Positions 30,013-38,454 of a DNA stretch of 64,000 nt are shown in pieces. Location: positions 10,327 to 74,326 of the forward strand of contig VGAB01000001.1 in assembly GCA_016870935.1 (NCBI GenBank), given 5' to 3'. Each line of letters begins with the position of its first letter. The stretch's first letter is position 1. Below the pieces are notes generated by a model that saw only the letters and a program-made list of their open reading frames with translations, had not been told where the DNA came from and ran no database searches. The position numbers and the translations under genes are program-made. The stretch is from Actinomycetota bacterium (lineage in GTDB: Bacteria; Actinomycetota; Acidimicrobiia; Acidimicrobiales; Ilumatobacteraceae).

Positions 30013-30614
30013 AAAGTATTTTCGCGAATCACCTCGTCGGGTTTGCGCCGCGCTCGACGGGCACTCGCGCCTTTTTCGGTCTGCACCACCGATGCCGGCC
30101 AACCAATCGCCACCGCGCCGATCAACTGCATCTGCTCGGGTGCGTTCACTGCTTCTCGCAACTGTGCTTCTCCGTTGAACACCCCGAAAAACAGGGCGCC
30201 TAGACCCAGGTCGTGGATGGCAAGCAGTAGTTGCATCGTCGCGAAACTCGCGTCAACCGTCCAATATGGGGTCGACCATGCCGAAAGATTTTCACCAAGA
30301 TTCGTCGAGGCTTTGTCGGGCTCGCCGTAGCGGTCGAGATAAGCCTGCGGATCGGCGAACACGAGGGCGATCACCGGCGCGTTCAACAAGTTCTTCCACC
30401 TGAAGGTTTTTCGCCTCGGCTCGGGCAAGGTGATGTCCCAGAATCTTTTCGTGTCGGCGTCGCGCATCACCACGAGATGCCAGCCTTGGGTTTTGCCCGC
30501 CGATGGCGCCCAAGTGGCGATTTCGACGACGCGGTCGATCAACTCGGGTGCGACGGGCTTGTCGCGAAACGATCGCACCATTTTGCGCGACCTTGCGCAG
30601 TCCGCGAACTGCAT
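30009..30614 (-). CDS. Nitroreductase family protein
   Basis: 201 aa. [24 protein letters not shown] and a C-terminal pattern typical of FMN nitroreductases. Confidence 0.72.
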   Translation of the reverse strand: MQFADCARSRKMVRSFRDKPVAPELIDRVVEIATWAPSAGKTQGWHLVVMRDADTKRFWDITLPEPRRKTFRWKNLLNAPVIALVFADPQAYLDRYGEPDKASTNLGENLSAWSTPYWTVDASFATMQLLLAIHDLGLGALFFGVFNGEAQLREAVNAPEQMQLIGAVAIGWPASVVQTEKGASARRARRKPDEVIRENTF

Positions 30615-30623
30615 CGGCTGTTG

Positions 30624-31280
30624 CTAGTGCTTGCCGAGTTTGAGCAGGCTCTCGGTCATCGTCCAACCGTGCACGACCAGAGCGCCAGACTTTTTAGACG
30701 AAAGATTTTTGAAAAACGCCGCCACTTCGGCCGGTGCTTTGCCGGGTTTGAGCGACTCGAAATCCAGGAAACCACTCTGTCCGTTGCTCTTGATCAAAAA
30801 CGACTGATCGTCGTATTGGGCCTCGCACCCGAATCGACGGGCCAATCGTTTGCCCCAGGCCCGCTCTTCGCCGACTGCGCGGTGGTCGGGTCGAGGGATG
30901 ATGCCGGTCAGCGACTTGAACGCCTCGAGCGCGTCGACTCGAACAAAGCGCGAACCCACCACGACATCTTCGTCAGGAAACGCCATCAGCGCGCGGTGAT
31001 AGGCCTCGCTCATCAGACCCTTCAGCACCTGGTCGCGTTTGGCGGTTCGCTTGACGCTCAACATGCCGAGCAGCACGCACGGAGTGCCGCCGATTCGCTC
31101 GAGCGTTGAGAACATGAAGCCGTTGAGTTTGCCGTCGAGTTTCGCGCTCGCAAAAAGCACCCAGTCTTCTTTGGCTTTTGAAATTGCACCGATGCCGAAG
31201 GCGCCGCCCATTGCGGCGAGATCGTCGAGATCTGAGTCAACGAGCGCCGAGGCATCGATGGTCTTGACAACTAACGGCAT
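30624..31280 (-). CDS. Hypothetical protein (no motif recognised)
   Basis: 218-aa ORF with coding-like composition, tightly packed between dnaE and the nitroreductase. Confidence 0.5.
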   Translation of the reverse strand: MPLVVKTIDASALVDSDLDDLAAMGGAFGIGAISKAKEDWVLFASAKLDGKLNGFMFSTLERIGGTPCVLLGMLSVKRTAKRDQVLKGLMSEAYHRALMAFPDEDVVVGSRFVRVDALEAFKSLTGIIPRPDHRAVGEERAWGKRLARRFGCEAQYDDQSFLIKSNGQSGFLDFESLKPGKAPAEVAAFFKNLSSKKSGALVVHGWTMTESLLKLGKH

Positions 31281-31337
31281 ACCTCTTTAAGTCTGCCAGC
31301 AAAATCGCCGATTTCCGATGGCTGAATTGTCGTTTTG

Positions 31338-34300
31338 TCAGCCGATGTAAACGCTGTCGCCGTAGGAGGCGCGCAAAATGCCGATTGCGCCGTCGATGTT
31401 GACGTTGTACTCGGGGGCCAACCGCAAACTTTTGCCGCCCGGCATGTGCAACTGCACGGGTGTCTCGCCCCCGTGGTCTTTCAACAACTCCTGCAATTGA
31501 AAGATGTCGTCCTGCGAGAGGGCCCGGGATCCGAGCTCGATGTGCAGGCTCATGTCGCTGGCGCGCATCGGCTCTACGACCTTGATTTCTTGGGCGTTGA
31601 ACGCGAGCCGGGCTTCTTCTCGACGGTCGAGACGACCGCGAACCGTGACGATCACGTCTTCCTCGATCAAGTGCCTGAAACTGGCGTAGGTCTTCGGAAA
31701 AATGTTGACATCGATCGAGCCCTGCAGGTCTTCGATCGTGATCACGGCCATTTGGTCGCCCTTTTTCGTGGTCTTCCGGTTGACCGACGTGATGACGCCG
31801 CCGAGCGTCAGATATGCGCTGTCGGCCCGCTCTTCAAGTTCGGCCAATGAACACTCGACTTTGCGTCGCAGTTGCCCCTCGACCCCGCGCAACGGGTGAT
31901 CGGAGACATAAAGACCCAACATCTCGCGCTCGACCTTGAGTTGCTCGGCCTTTTCATAGTTGATCTGCGGGATCTCGACCTGCTCTGAAAAAACCGTCTC
32001 GGTTTCGCCCGCGCCGTCAAAAAGACTCATCACGCCCTGGTCTCGATCGCGACGACGATTGAGCGCCTTGTCGATGATCGTCTCGAACACGAGCAACAGA
32101 CCCTTGCGCGGATGCCCCAAAGAGTCGAAAGCCCCCGCCTTGATCAACGACTCGACGGTGCGCTTGTTGAGCACCCCGATCGGCGCGCGGTCGGCGAAAT
32201 CATAGAAGGAGGTGAACGGCCCGTTGGCCTCGCGAAAATCGACCAACTGGCCGATCAGTGCCTCGCCCACGTTGCGAATCGCCGAGAGCCCGAAACTGAT
32301 GACACGGTGTTGACCGTCGACCACGGGCACGAAGTCGACGCCCGAGGTGTTGATGTCGGGCGTTTTGACCACGATGTTGCTGGCCCGCGCATCGGCCAAG
32401 AAAATCGCCGCTCGGTCGTAACTCGCCTTGACGCTCGTGAGCAGACACGAGAGGTACTCGATCGGATAGTTGGCCTTGAGATAGGCGGTCTGATAGGCGA
32501 TGAACGCATAGCCGTAGGCATGGCTCTTGCCGAACGCGTAGTCGGCGAAGTTCTCGATCGAGTCAAAGAGGCCCTCACCCAGCTCTTTTGAATACCCGTT
32601 GTCGAGACAACCCTGCTCGAAACTCGCGCGCTGCTTTTTCATGTCGGCACGATTCTTTTTGCCGCAAGCCTTGCGCAGGTCGTCGGCTTTCTCGAGGCTG
32701 TAACCGGCGAATTTCTGGGCGACGCGCATCATGCTCTCTTGATAGATCATCAGGCCGAAAGTGTCGTCGAGCAGTTCACGGGCGTCTTCGTGGAAGATCT
32801 TCGGCGTCTTGCGGCCGTTCTTGTAGTCGGCATAGTCGTTGTGCATGTTCGCGCCCATCGGTCCGGGCCGATAAAGGGCGACGATCGCCGCGATGTCGTC
32901 GATGGTGCGTGGCACCATGCTGCGCACGAGGGCGCGAATGTTGGTTGATTCGAGTTGGAACACGCCGATCGTGTCGGCGCGTTGCAACAGGGCGAAGGTT
33001 TTTTTGTCGTCGAACGGCGCCTTGTCGATGTCGAAGCCGGGGTTGCTGAACTTTTGGATCATCTTGTTCGTATCGGTGATCACATCCAGGTTGCGCAGGC
33101 CCAAGATGTCCATTTTCAGAAGACCCAATTCTTCGACCGCGTGCATTTCATATTGGGTGACGATCGGGGCGTCTTCGGCCTGCTGACCTGGTTCGGCCTT
33201 GCGCTGAATCGGCAGATATTCCGTGAGTTTTTCCTTGGTGATCACCACGGCGGCCGCGTGAATGCCGACGCTTCGCTTGAGACCCTCGAGACCCCTGGCG
33301 GTGTCGATGATCGTCTTTACATCGGGGTCGCTCTCGTAGAGCGCCCGCAGGTCGCCCGCGGCGCGATAGCCGTCTTTGTGTTGTTCGCTTTCCTCGAAGC
33401 AATATTTCAGCGGCGTGTCGCGCCCCATCACGACGGGCGGCATGAGCTTGGCGATCTTGTCGCCCAGACCATATGGAAAGTTCAAGACGCGCGCGGCGTC
33501 GCGCACCGAGTTGCGCGCCTTGATCGTGCCGAAGGTGATGATCTGGGCGACATGATCGCGACCATATTTTTCGGCCGCGTATCTGATCATCTCGTCGCGA
33601 AAACGCGAGTCGAAGTCCATGTCGATATCGGGCATCGACCGCCGACCCGGATTCATGAATCGTTCGAACAACAGGTCGTACTTGATCGGATCAAGATCGG
33701 TGATCCGCAACGAGTAAGCCACGGCGCAACCGGCCGCCGAACCTCGGCCCGGCCCGACTCGAATCGATTTTTCGCGCGCGTATCGCACCAGGTCGCCGAC
33801 GATCAGAAAATACGAACTGAAACCCATCGTCTTGATCGTCAAGAGTTCGTAGGCGATGCGTTCGACGACCTCCGGTGCGAGCTTCTCGCCCCAACGGTCT
33901 TTTGCTCCTTGCCAAGTGAGGTGCTCGAGGTAGGCGTGATCATCGGCAAAACCCTCGGGTATCGGAAAGTTCGGCAGCACGGGCACATTGAACTGAATGT
34001 CGACCTTGGCCCGCTCGGCGACCCAAAGAGTGTTGTCGCAGGCTGTAGGTTGCTCGCGAAACAACCACCGCATCTCTTCGGCCGACTTCAAATAGTGCTC
34101 GTGCCCCTCGAACTTGAGTCGATTCGGGTCGTGTATCGTGCAGCCGGTCTGCACGCACAACAATGCGTCGTGGGCGGCGCTGTCTTCGCGGTGCGTGTAG
34201 TGGCAGTCGTTGGTGGCCAACAACGGTGCCCCGATTTTTTTGGCGATTTCGATCAGTTTCGGGTTGGTCTCGATCTGCAATTTGATGCCGTGGTCCTGCA

Positions 34301-34865
34301 GTTCGATAAAAAAGTTGTCTTTGCCGAAAATATCCTGGAGGCGCGCCGCCGTCGAGAGGGCCTCTTCGTCTTTGCCGTTCTTCAGAGCCTGCAGCACGTG
34401 GCCGCCCAGACAACCCGAGGTTGCGATCAGCCCGCCGCTGAACTTCTTCAGGAGTTCCCAGTCCATGCGGGGTTGGTAGTAGTAGCCCTCGAGAAATGCG
34501 AGGCTCGCCAACTGAATCAGGTTCTTGTAACCCTGGTTGTTCTCGGCCAGAAGCGTGAGATGGTAATAAAGTTTTTTGCCCGCATCGGTGTCGCCGCCGC
34601 TGTCGTCCATTCTTCCGCGCCTGGTCGGGCGTTCGTGTCGCGACTCGTAGGCCATGTAGGCCTCGGTGCCGATGATCGGTTTGATGCCGCGCTTGGTGCA
34701 CTCTTTGTAGAAGTCGATGACGCCGTACATGTTGCCGTGGTCGGTGATGCCGAGCGCGGGCTGACCGTCGGCCACCGCGCGATCGACGAGTTCGTCGAGA
34801 CGCGACGCCCCGTCGAGCATCGAGAACTCGGTGTGCACATGCAAATGGGTGAACGACTTGCCCAT
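31338..34865 (-). CDS. dnaE: DNA polymerase III alpha subunit (DnaE1-type)
   Basis: 1175 aa. PHP domain FTHLHVHTEFSMLDG, GPGRGSAAG, polymerase core, and an OB fold near the C-terminus. Confidence 0.97.
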   Translation of the reverse strand: MGKSFTHLHVHTEFSMLDGASRLDELVDRAVADGQPALGITDHGNMYGVIDFYKECTKRGIKPIIGTEAYMAYESRHERPTRRGRMDDSGGDTDAGKKLYYHLTLLAENNQGYKNLIQLASLAFLEGYYYQPRMDWELLKKFSGGLIATSGCLGGHVLQALKNGKDEEALSTAARLQDIFGKDNFFIELQDHGIKLQIETNPKLIEIAKKIGAPLLATNDCHYTHREDSAAHDALLCVQTGCTIHDPNRLKFEGHEHYLKSAEEMRWLFREQPTACDNTLWVAERAKVDIQFNVPVLPNFPIPEGFADDHAYLEHLTWQGAKDRWGEKLAPEVVERIAYELLTIKTMGFSSYFLIVGDLVRYAREKSIRVGPGRGSAAGCAVAYSLRITDLDPIKYDLLFERFMNPGRRSMPDIDMDFDSRFRDEMIRYAAEKYGRDHVAQIITFGTIKARNSVRDAARVLNFPYGLGDKIAKLMPPVVMGRDTPLKYCFEESEQHKDGYRAAGDLRALYESDPDVKTIIDTARGLEGLKRSVGIHAAAVVITKEKLTEYLPIQRKAEPGQQAEDAPIVTQYEMHAVEELGLLKMDILGLRNLDVITDTNKMIQKFSNPGFDIDKAPFDDKKTFALLQRADTIGVFQLESTNIRALVRSMVPRTIDDIAAIVALYRPGPMGANMHNDYADYKNGRKTPKIFHEDARELLDDTFGLMIYQESMMRVAQKFAGYSLEKADDLRKACGKKNRADMKKQRASFEQGCLDNGYSKELGEGLFDSIENFADYAFGKSHAYGYAFIAYQTAYLKANYPIEYLSCLLTSVKASYDRAAIFLADARASNIVVKTPDINTSGVDFVPVVDGQHRVISFGLSAIRNVGEALIGQLVDFREANGPFTSFYDFADRAPIGVLNKRTVESLIKAGAFDSLGHPRKGLLLVFETIIDKALNRRRDRDQGVMSLFDGAGETETVFSEQVEIPQINYEKAEQLKVEREMLGLYVSDHPLRGVEGQLRRKVECSLAELEERADSAYLTLGGVITSVNRKTTKKGDQMAVITIEDLQGSIDVNIFPKTYASFRHLIEEDVIVTVRGRLDRREEARLAFNAQEIKVVEPMRASDMSLHIELGSRALSQDDIFQLQELLKDHGGETPVQLHMPGGKSLRLAPEYNVNIDGAIGILRASYGDSVYIG

Positions 34866-35341
34866 TACAGATATGTTCCCGGACGGTCTCCTGGTTGAGT
34901 GTTGGGATTCTTCCCTGATTGAATTTGCCGCTGCTCGGCGTTTTGTCGCATCGAAAGTTGCTGGGCGAACATCGTGGCTTGTATGCCGTGGAACAAACCC
35001 TCGAGCCAGCCCACAAGTTGCGCCTTCGCCACCCTCAACTCGGCGTCGGTCGGCACGTCACCGTCGTTGAAAGGCAGCGCGAGCATGCGCAACTCTTCTT
35101 GCAGATCGGGCGACAACGCCTCTGCCAGCTCGACGATCGATCGCTCGTAGATTTCGGCGAGCCTTTCGCGCGACGGTGCGTCGAGGGTCATCGAGTGAAC
35201 CTCGTCGAGAAGTTGTTTGATCATCGAGCCGATGCGCATCACCTTGGCCGGCGCGGTGACGGTCTCGAGAACCGCCTCATCGGCCTCGCCGACGATCTCG
35301 GTTTTCGGAATTTCGGGTGATATTTCTTCTGGATTACTCAT
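34865..35341 (-). CDS. bpa: Bacterial proteasome activator (Bpa/PafE, DUF2587)
   Basis: 158 aa. PAKVMRIGSMIKQLLDEV and LVGWLEGLFHGIQATMFAQQ match M. tuberculosis Rv3780 from memory. The C-terminus is ...GTYL (Mtb: GQYL). Its stop overlaps the dnaE ATG by 1 nt. Confidence 0.8.
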   Translation of the reverse strand: MSNPEEISPEIPKTEIVGEADEAVLETVTAPAKVMRIGSMIKQLLDEVHSMTLDAPSRERLAEIYERSIVELAEALSPDLQEELRMLALPFNDGDVPTDAELRVAKAQLVGWLEGLFHGIQATMFAQQLSMRQNAEQRQIQSGKNPNTQPGDRPGTYL

Positions 35342-35359
35342 GGTGGGTCGCCAAATTTA

Positions 35360-36493
35360 TCATTGATCTGCCGTGGCGAGCAACGGTACATCTAATTCAT
35401 CGTCGGTCAAAGCACCGTGTCGACACTGCAACAAAAACGACCCCGAATCGGCGGCGTCGTCGAAACTGATCGGCTCGCGGGCGACCAACGCCACATCGCC
35501 GAGGCGCTTTTTTGTGGCGGCGCCCAGGCGCGGACCGAGCCAATTCTCCTCGATGACCTGCGACCTGCCGACGACCCAAGCCTGGTCGCCGTGATGCGCA
35601 GTCGCTCGGGCCAGAAGTTCTGCGTCGGCGCCGTTGCGCGCGTGCAACCACCTGAACCGACCCTCGCCCGATTGATGGCTGGTCAGCGCCAGAACATCGG
35701 GGTGCGGAGAAATCGTGTTGTCGCCCACCATCACCTGCCCATGATCGGCCGTGACGATCAATGCCGAGCCCGGGACAAGGGCGTCTCGAACGCGTTGCAC
35801 GATCGTGTCGGCAGTTCGCAACTCGGCCTCGTAAAAATCACCGAAGCCACGCTCATGTGCGATCTTGTCGACGCCGTCGTAATAGGCGTAGACGAATTTT
35901 TCTCCCGCACGAAGCAGACGGCCCACCTCTACGGCGATGCTCGAAGGCGCGCGCCAACCCATCGGGCGGGCGCCTCGCAAATGCGCCTCGGTGAAAGCCG
36001 TGCCCTCGAGTTCGGCCTTGCTCAAAACGGGCACGCTCGCGCCCATGAACGGCGGACACGGCTGAACGACCTCGGGTCGATAGAGATTTCTCAGATCACC
36101 TTTCTCGTCGCCCCATCGCAGCATCTGCATGACTTGCGCGCCCATGTCGACGCGATAACCGACCAGACCATGTTCGGCGGGGGCAAGACCCGTGGTGATC
36201 GATGTGAGTGCGCTGACGGTCGTGGTCGGGGCGACCGTGGTGATCGACGAACCCTGCATCGCCGCCATGGTCGGACAATTGTCGAGGTTTTTTTGCAACT
36301 GGTGCCAACCCAGACCGTCGAGCACGAGCAACACCACCTGTTTGCTGTTGCGCACGCAATTCGGCATCCAATCCGGCAAATCTCGGGTGCCGCCCGGCCC
36401 AAGAATCGCCGGAATGATGCCGGTGATGCACGCGCCTTTGTAGTCGGGAAGACGAGGGGATGAAAATTTCGGCGAATTCATTGCGTGACCCAC
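35360..36493 (-). CDS. Alkaline phosphatase superfamily protein (nucleotide pyrophosphatase/phosphodiesterase-like)
   Basis: 377 aa. VVLLVLDGLGWHQL and TTVAPTTTVSALTSITTG (metal-binding Asp and nucleophile Thr region), and VTADHGQ. Confidence 0.65.
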   Translation of the reverse strand: MGHAMNSPKFSSPRLPDYKGACITGIIPAILGPGGTRDLPDWMPNCVRNSKQVVLLVLDGLGWHQLQKNLDNCPTMAAMQGSSITTVAPTTTVSALTSITTGLAPAEHGLVGYRVDMGAQVMQMLRWGDEKGDLRNLYRPEVVQPCPPFMGASVPVLSKAELEGTAFTEAHLRGARPMGWRAPSSIAVEVGRLLRAGEKFVYAYYDGVDKIAHERGFGDFYEAELRTADTIVQRVRDALVPGSALIVTADHGQVMVGDNTISPHPDVLALTSHQSGEGRFRWLHARNGADAELLARATAHHGDQAWVVGRSQVIEENWLGPRLGAATKKRLGDVALVAREPISFDDAADSGSFLLQCRHGALTDDELDVPLLATADQ

Positions 36494-36557
36494 GAGAGTA
36501 GTTCAGCGATGCACGCCCCGCTTTTTGTGGCTTGGCAAAAAGTCGTAGAATAACGCC

Positions 36558-37004
36558 GTGCGCATTTCTACTCGCGGGGATTACGCCTGTCGAGCGCTTT
36601 TGTCGCTGACCCTTCATGCCGACGAAGAAGGACCGACTTCGGTGCGCGACATCGCCGAGAGAACCGCCCTTCCCCAGCCGTATCTCGAGCAGATTTTGTT
36701 GGCTTTGAAAGGTGCGGGTCTCGTCAAGTCGAAACGCGGCGTTGGTGGCGGCTACATTTTGGCCCGACCCGCCGACGAGATTCGACTTTCTGAAATCATC
36801 TCGGCCGTGGACGGACCAATCTCCGTCGGCGATTTCGGCGAACCCCACAAAGACGGGGCCTGCGACCACGATGGTCAATGCGTGTTGTTGGCCGTGTGGA
36901 ACTTGGCCAGCGAATACATGCGCGAGCATCTCGCCAAATACACGCTCGGAGATGTCGCGGCTATTTCACGCGGCGAGGCGGCGTGGCCCTCGGCCAAAAA
37001 ATAA
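36558..37004 (+). CDS. Rrf2 family transcriptional regulator
   Basis: 148 aa. GTG start. RISTRGDYACRALLSL, wHTH region SVRDIAERTALPQPYLEQILLALKGAGLVKSKRGVGGGY. Confidence 0.85.
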   Translation: MRISTRGDYACRALLSLTLHADEEGPTSVRDIAERTALPQPYLEQILLALKGAGLVKSKRGVGGGYILARPADEIRLSEIISAVDGPISVGDFGEPHKDGACDHDGQCVLLAVWNLASEYMREHLAKYTLGDVAAISRGEAAWPSAKK

Positions 37005-37006
37005 TC

Positions 37007-37963
37007 TCACGAACATTTTTTGAGCACCTCGGCGAAATCTGCGGGCGGCGCCGCGTCGAAACTCATCTGCTTGCGCGAAACAGGATGATCGAAACTCAAC
37101 GACATGGCGTGCAGCATCGGGCGCGGCGAGGACAATACGCTGCGCGCCCCGCCATATATCGAATCGCCGACGACGCTGTGCCCGAGAGTGGCGAGGTGAA
37201 CGCGAATCTGGTGTGTCCGCCCCGTCTCCAACCCGCACTCCAAAAGCGAGCAGGGCACCGGCAAATTGAACGCTTGTTTCACTTCATAGTTGGTACGCGC
37301 AACCTTGCCGTCTGCGACCACGGCCATTTTCGTCGGATCGCGTTGGTCACGACCTAGCGGGGCGTCGATCACACCCGAGACCGCGCTCATGTGTCCCCAA
37401 ACCAACGCCAGATATCGGCGCGAGACGACACGCCTCGAGAGGGCGTCGACCAGGGCCGCGTATGACTTTTGGGTTCTGGCCATCATCATCAAACCGGTGG
37501 TGCCGGCATCAAGGCGATGCACGACACCGGGTCGAAACGGATCGCCGACACCGGCGATCTCGGGAAACCGGGCCAACGCCGCGTTGACCAATGTGCCGGT
37601 CGGGTTGCCCGCGCCCGGGTGCACGACGATGCCGGCCTGCTTGTTGAGCACGATCAGATCGTCGTCGGAATAGACAAGTTCAAGGGCGATCTCGGGTTCG
37701 GCGACCGGCAATTGTTTTCTCGGCAACAGCGAAAGATCGACCGCGAGAGTTTGCCCCTCGTGCGCCTTGACTTTTCCCGCGACGACGACCTCGCCGTCGA
37801 TTCGCACCGCCGCGGCCTCGATCAACGAAGCGGCGGCGGCACGAGGAACGTCGGCGACGATCGAGACGATGCGATCAATTCGCTGGCCCGCAAGCGCGCT
37901 CGGCACGGTTTCGCGGACAACGGAGGATCCCCCATCGTCGATGCCCGAATTCTCTGGTGTCAT
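37007..37963 (-). CDS. rluD: RluA-family 23S rRNA pseudouridine synthase (RluD-like)
   Basis: Start placed at MTPENSG. Its ATG overlaps the lspA stop (ATGA). S4 domain followed by HRLDAGTTGLMMMA and GRTHQIRVH. Confidence 0.88.
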   Translation of the reverse strand: MTPENSGIDDGGSSVVRETVPSALAGQRIDRIVSIVADVPRAAAASLIEAAAVRIDGEVVVAGKVKAHEGQTLAVDLSLLPRKQLPVAEPEIALELVYSDDDLIVLNKQAGIVVHPGAGNPTGTLVNAALARFPEIAGVGDPFRPGVVHRLDAGTTGLMMMARTQKSYAALVDALSRRVVSRRYLALVWGHMSAVSGVIDAPLGRDQRDPTKMAVVADGKVARTNYEVKQAFNLPVPCSLLECGLETGRTHQIRVHLATLGHSVVGDSIYGGARSVLSSPRPMLHAMSLSFDHPVSRKQMSFDAAPPADFAEVLKKCS

Positions 37964-38454
37964 GGCTGGATCGATTTCGAACGCCGATGGGTCGAGTAAA
38001 GCGACGAAACGACCAATAACGCGCCGACAGAAACGGCCGAATCGGCGATGTTGAAAACAGGGAACCATTGCAGGTCGATGAAATCAACCACCGAGCCCCC
38101 CAACCAGGCCTCGCCCCGGAAAAGTCGATCGACGACGTTGCCCAACGCACCGCCGATCAACAACGCCGTGCCAAAAATGGCGAGTTTCGAATGTTGTCTC
38201 GACAAACCCCGCCAAAGCCAAACGATCACCCCGATGGCCAGCAAACCGATGATGCGACCCGAGCCTTGGCCCCGAGAAAACGCCATGCCCGAATTGAAAA
38301 CAAGATTGAACCTCAGCGTCCAGACAAGATCGATCGTGCGACCGCTCGCCAGTTCGTTCAGCGCCCAATGTTTCGTCGCCTGATCGAGAACGACGACGAC
38401 CGCGATTACAAGTTTGACCAACGAACGGGAACCGTCAGTACGAGCCAATGCCAC
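37960..38454 (-). CDS. lspA: Lipoprotein signal peptidase (signal peptidase II)
   Basis: 164 aa. LDQATKHW, FNSGMAFS and WPVFNIADSAV motifs. Confidence 0.88.
   Translation of the reverse strand: MALARTDGSRSLVKLVIAVVVVLDQATKHWALNELASGRTIDLVWTLRFNLVFNSGMAFSRGQGSGRIIGLLAIGVIVWLWRGLSRQHSKLAIFGTALLIGGALGNVVDRLFRGEAWLGGSVVDFIDLQWFPVFNIADSAVSVGALLVVSSLYSTHRRSKSIQP

Noticed and set aside
32955-34898. 647-aa plus-strand ORF
   Set aside because: It is entirely antisense to dnaE, whose product has unmistakable Pol III alpha motifs. Its translation is Arg/Gly/Val/Asp-rich with no motifs. This is the usual shadow-ORF artefact of GC-rich DNA.
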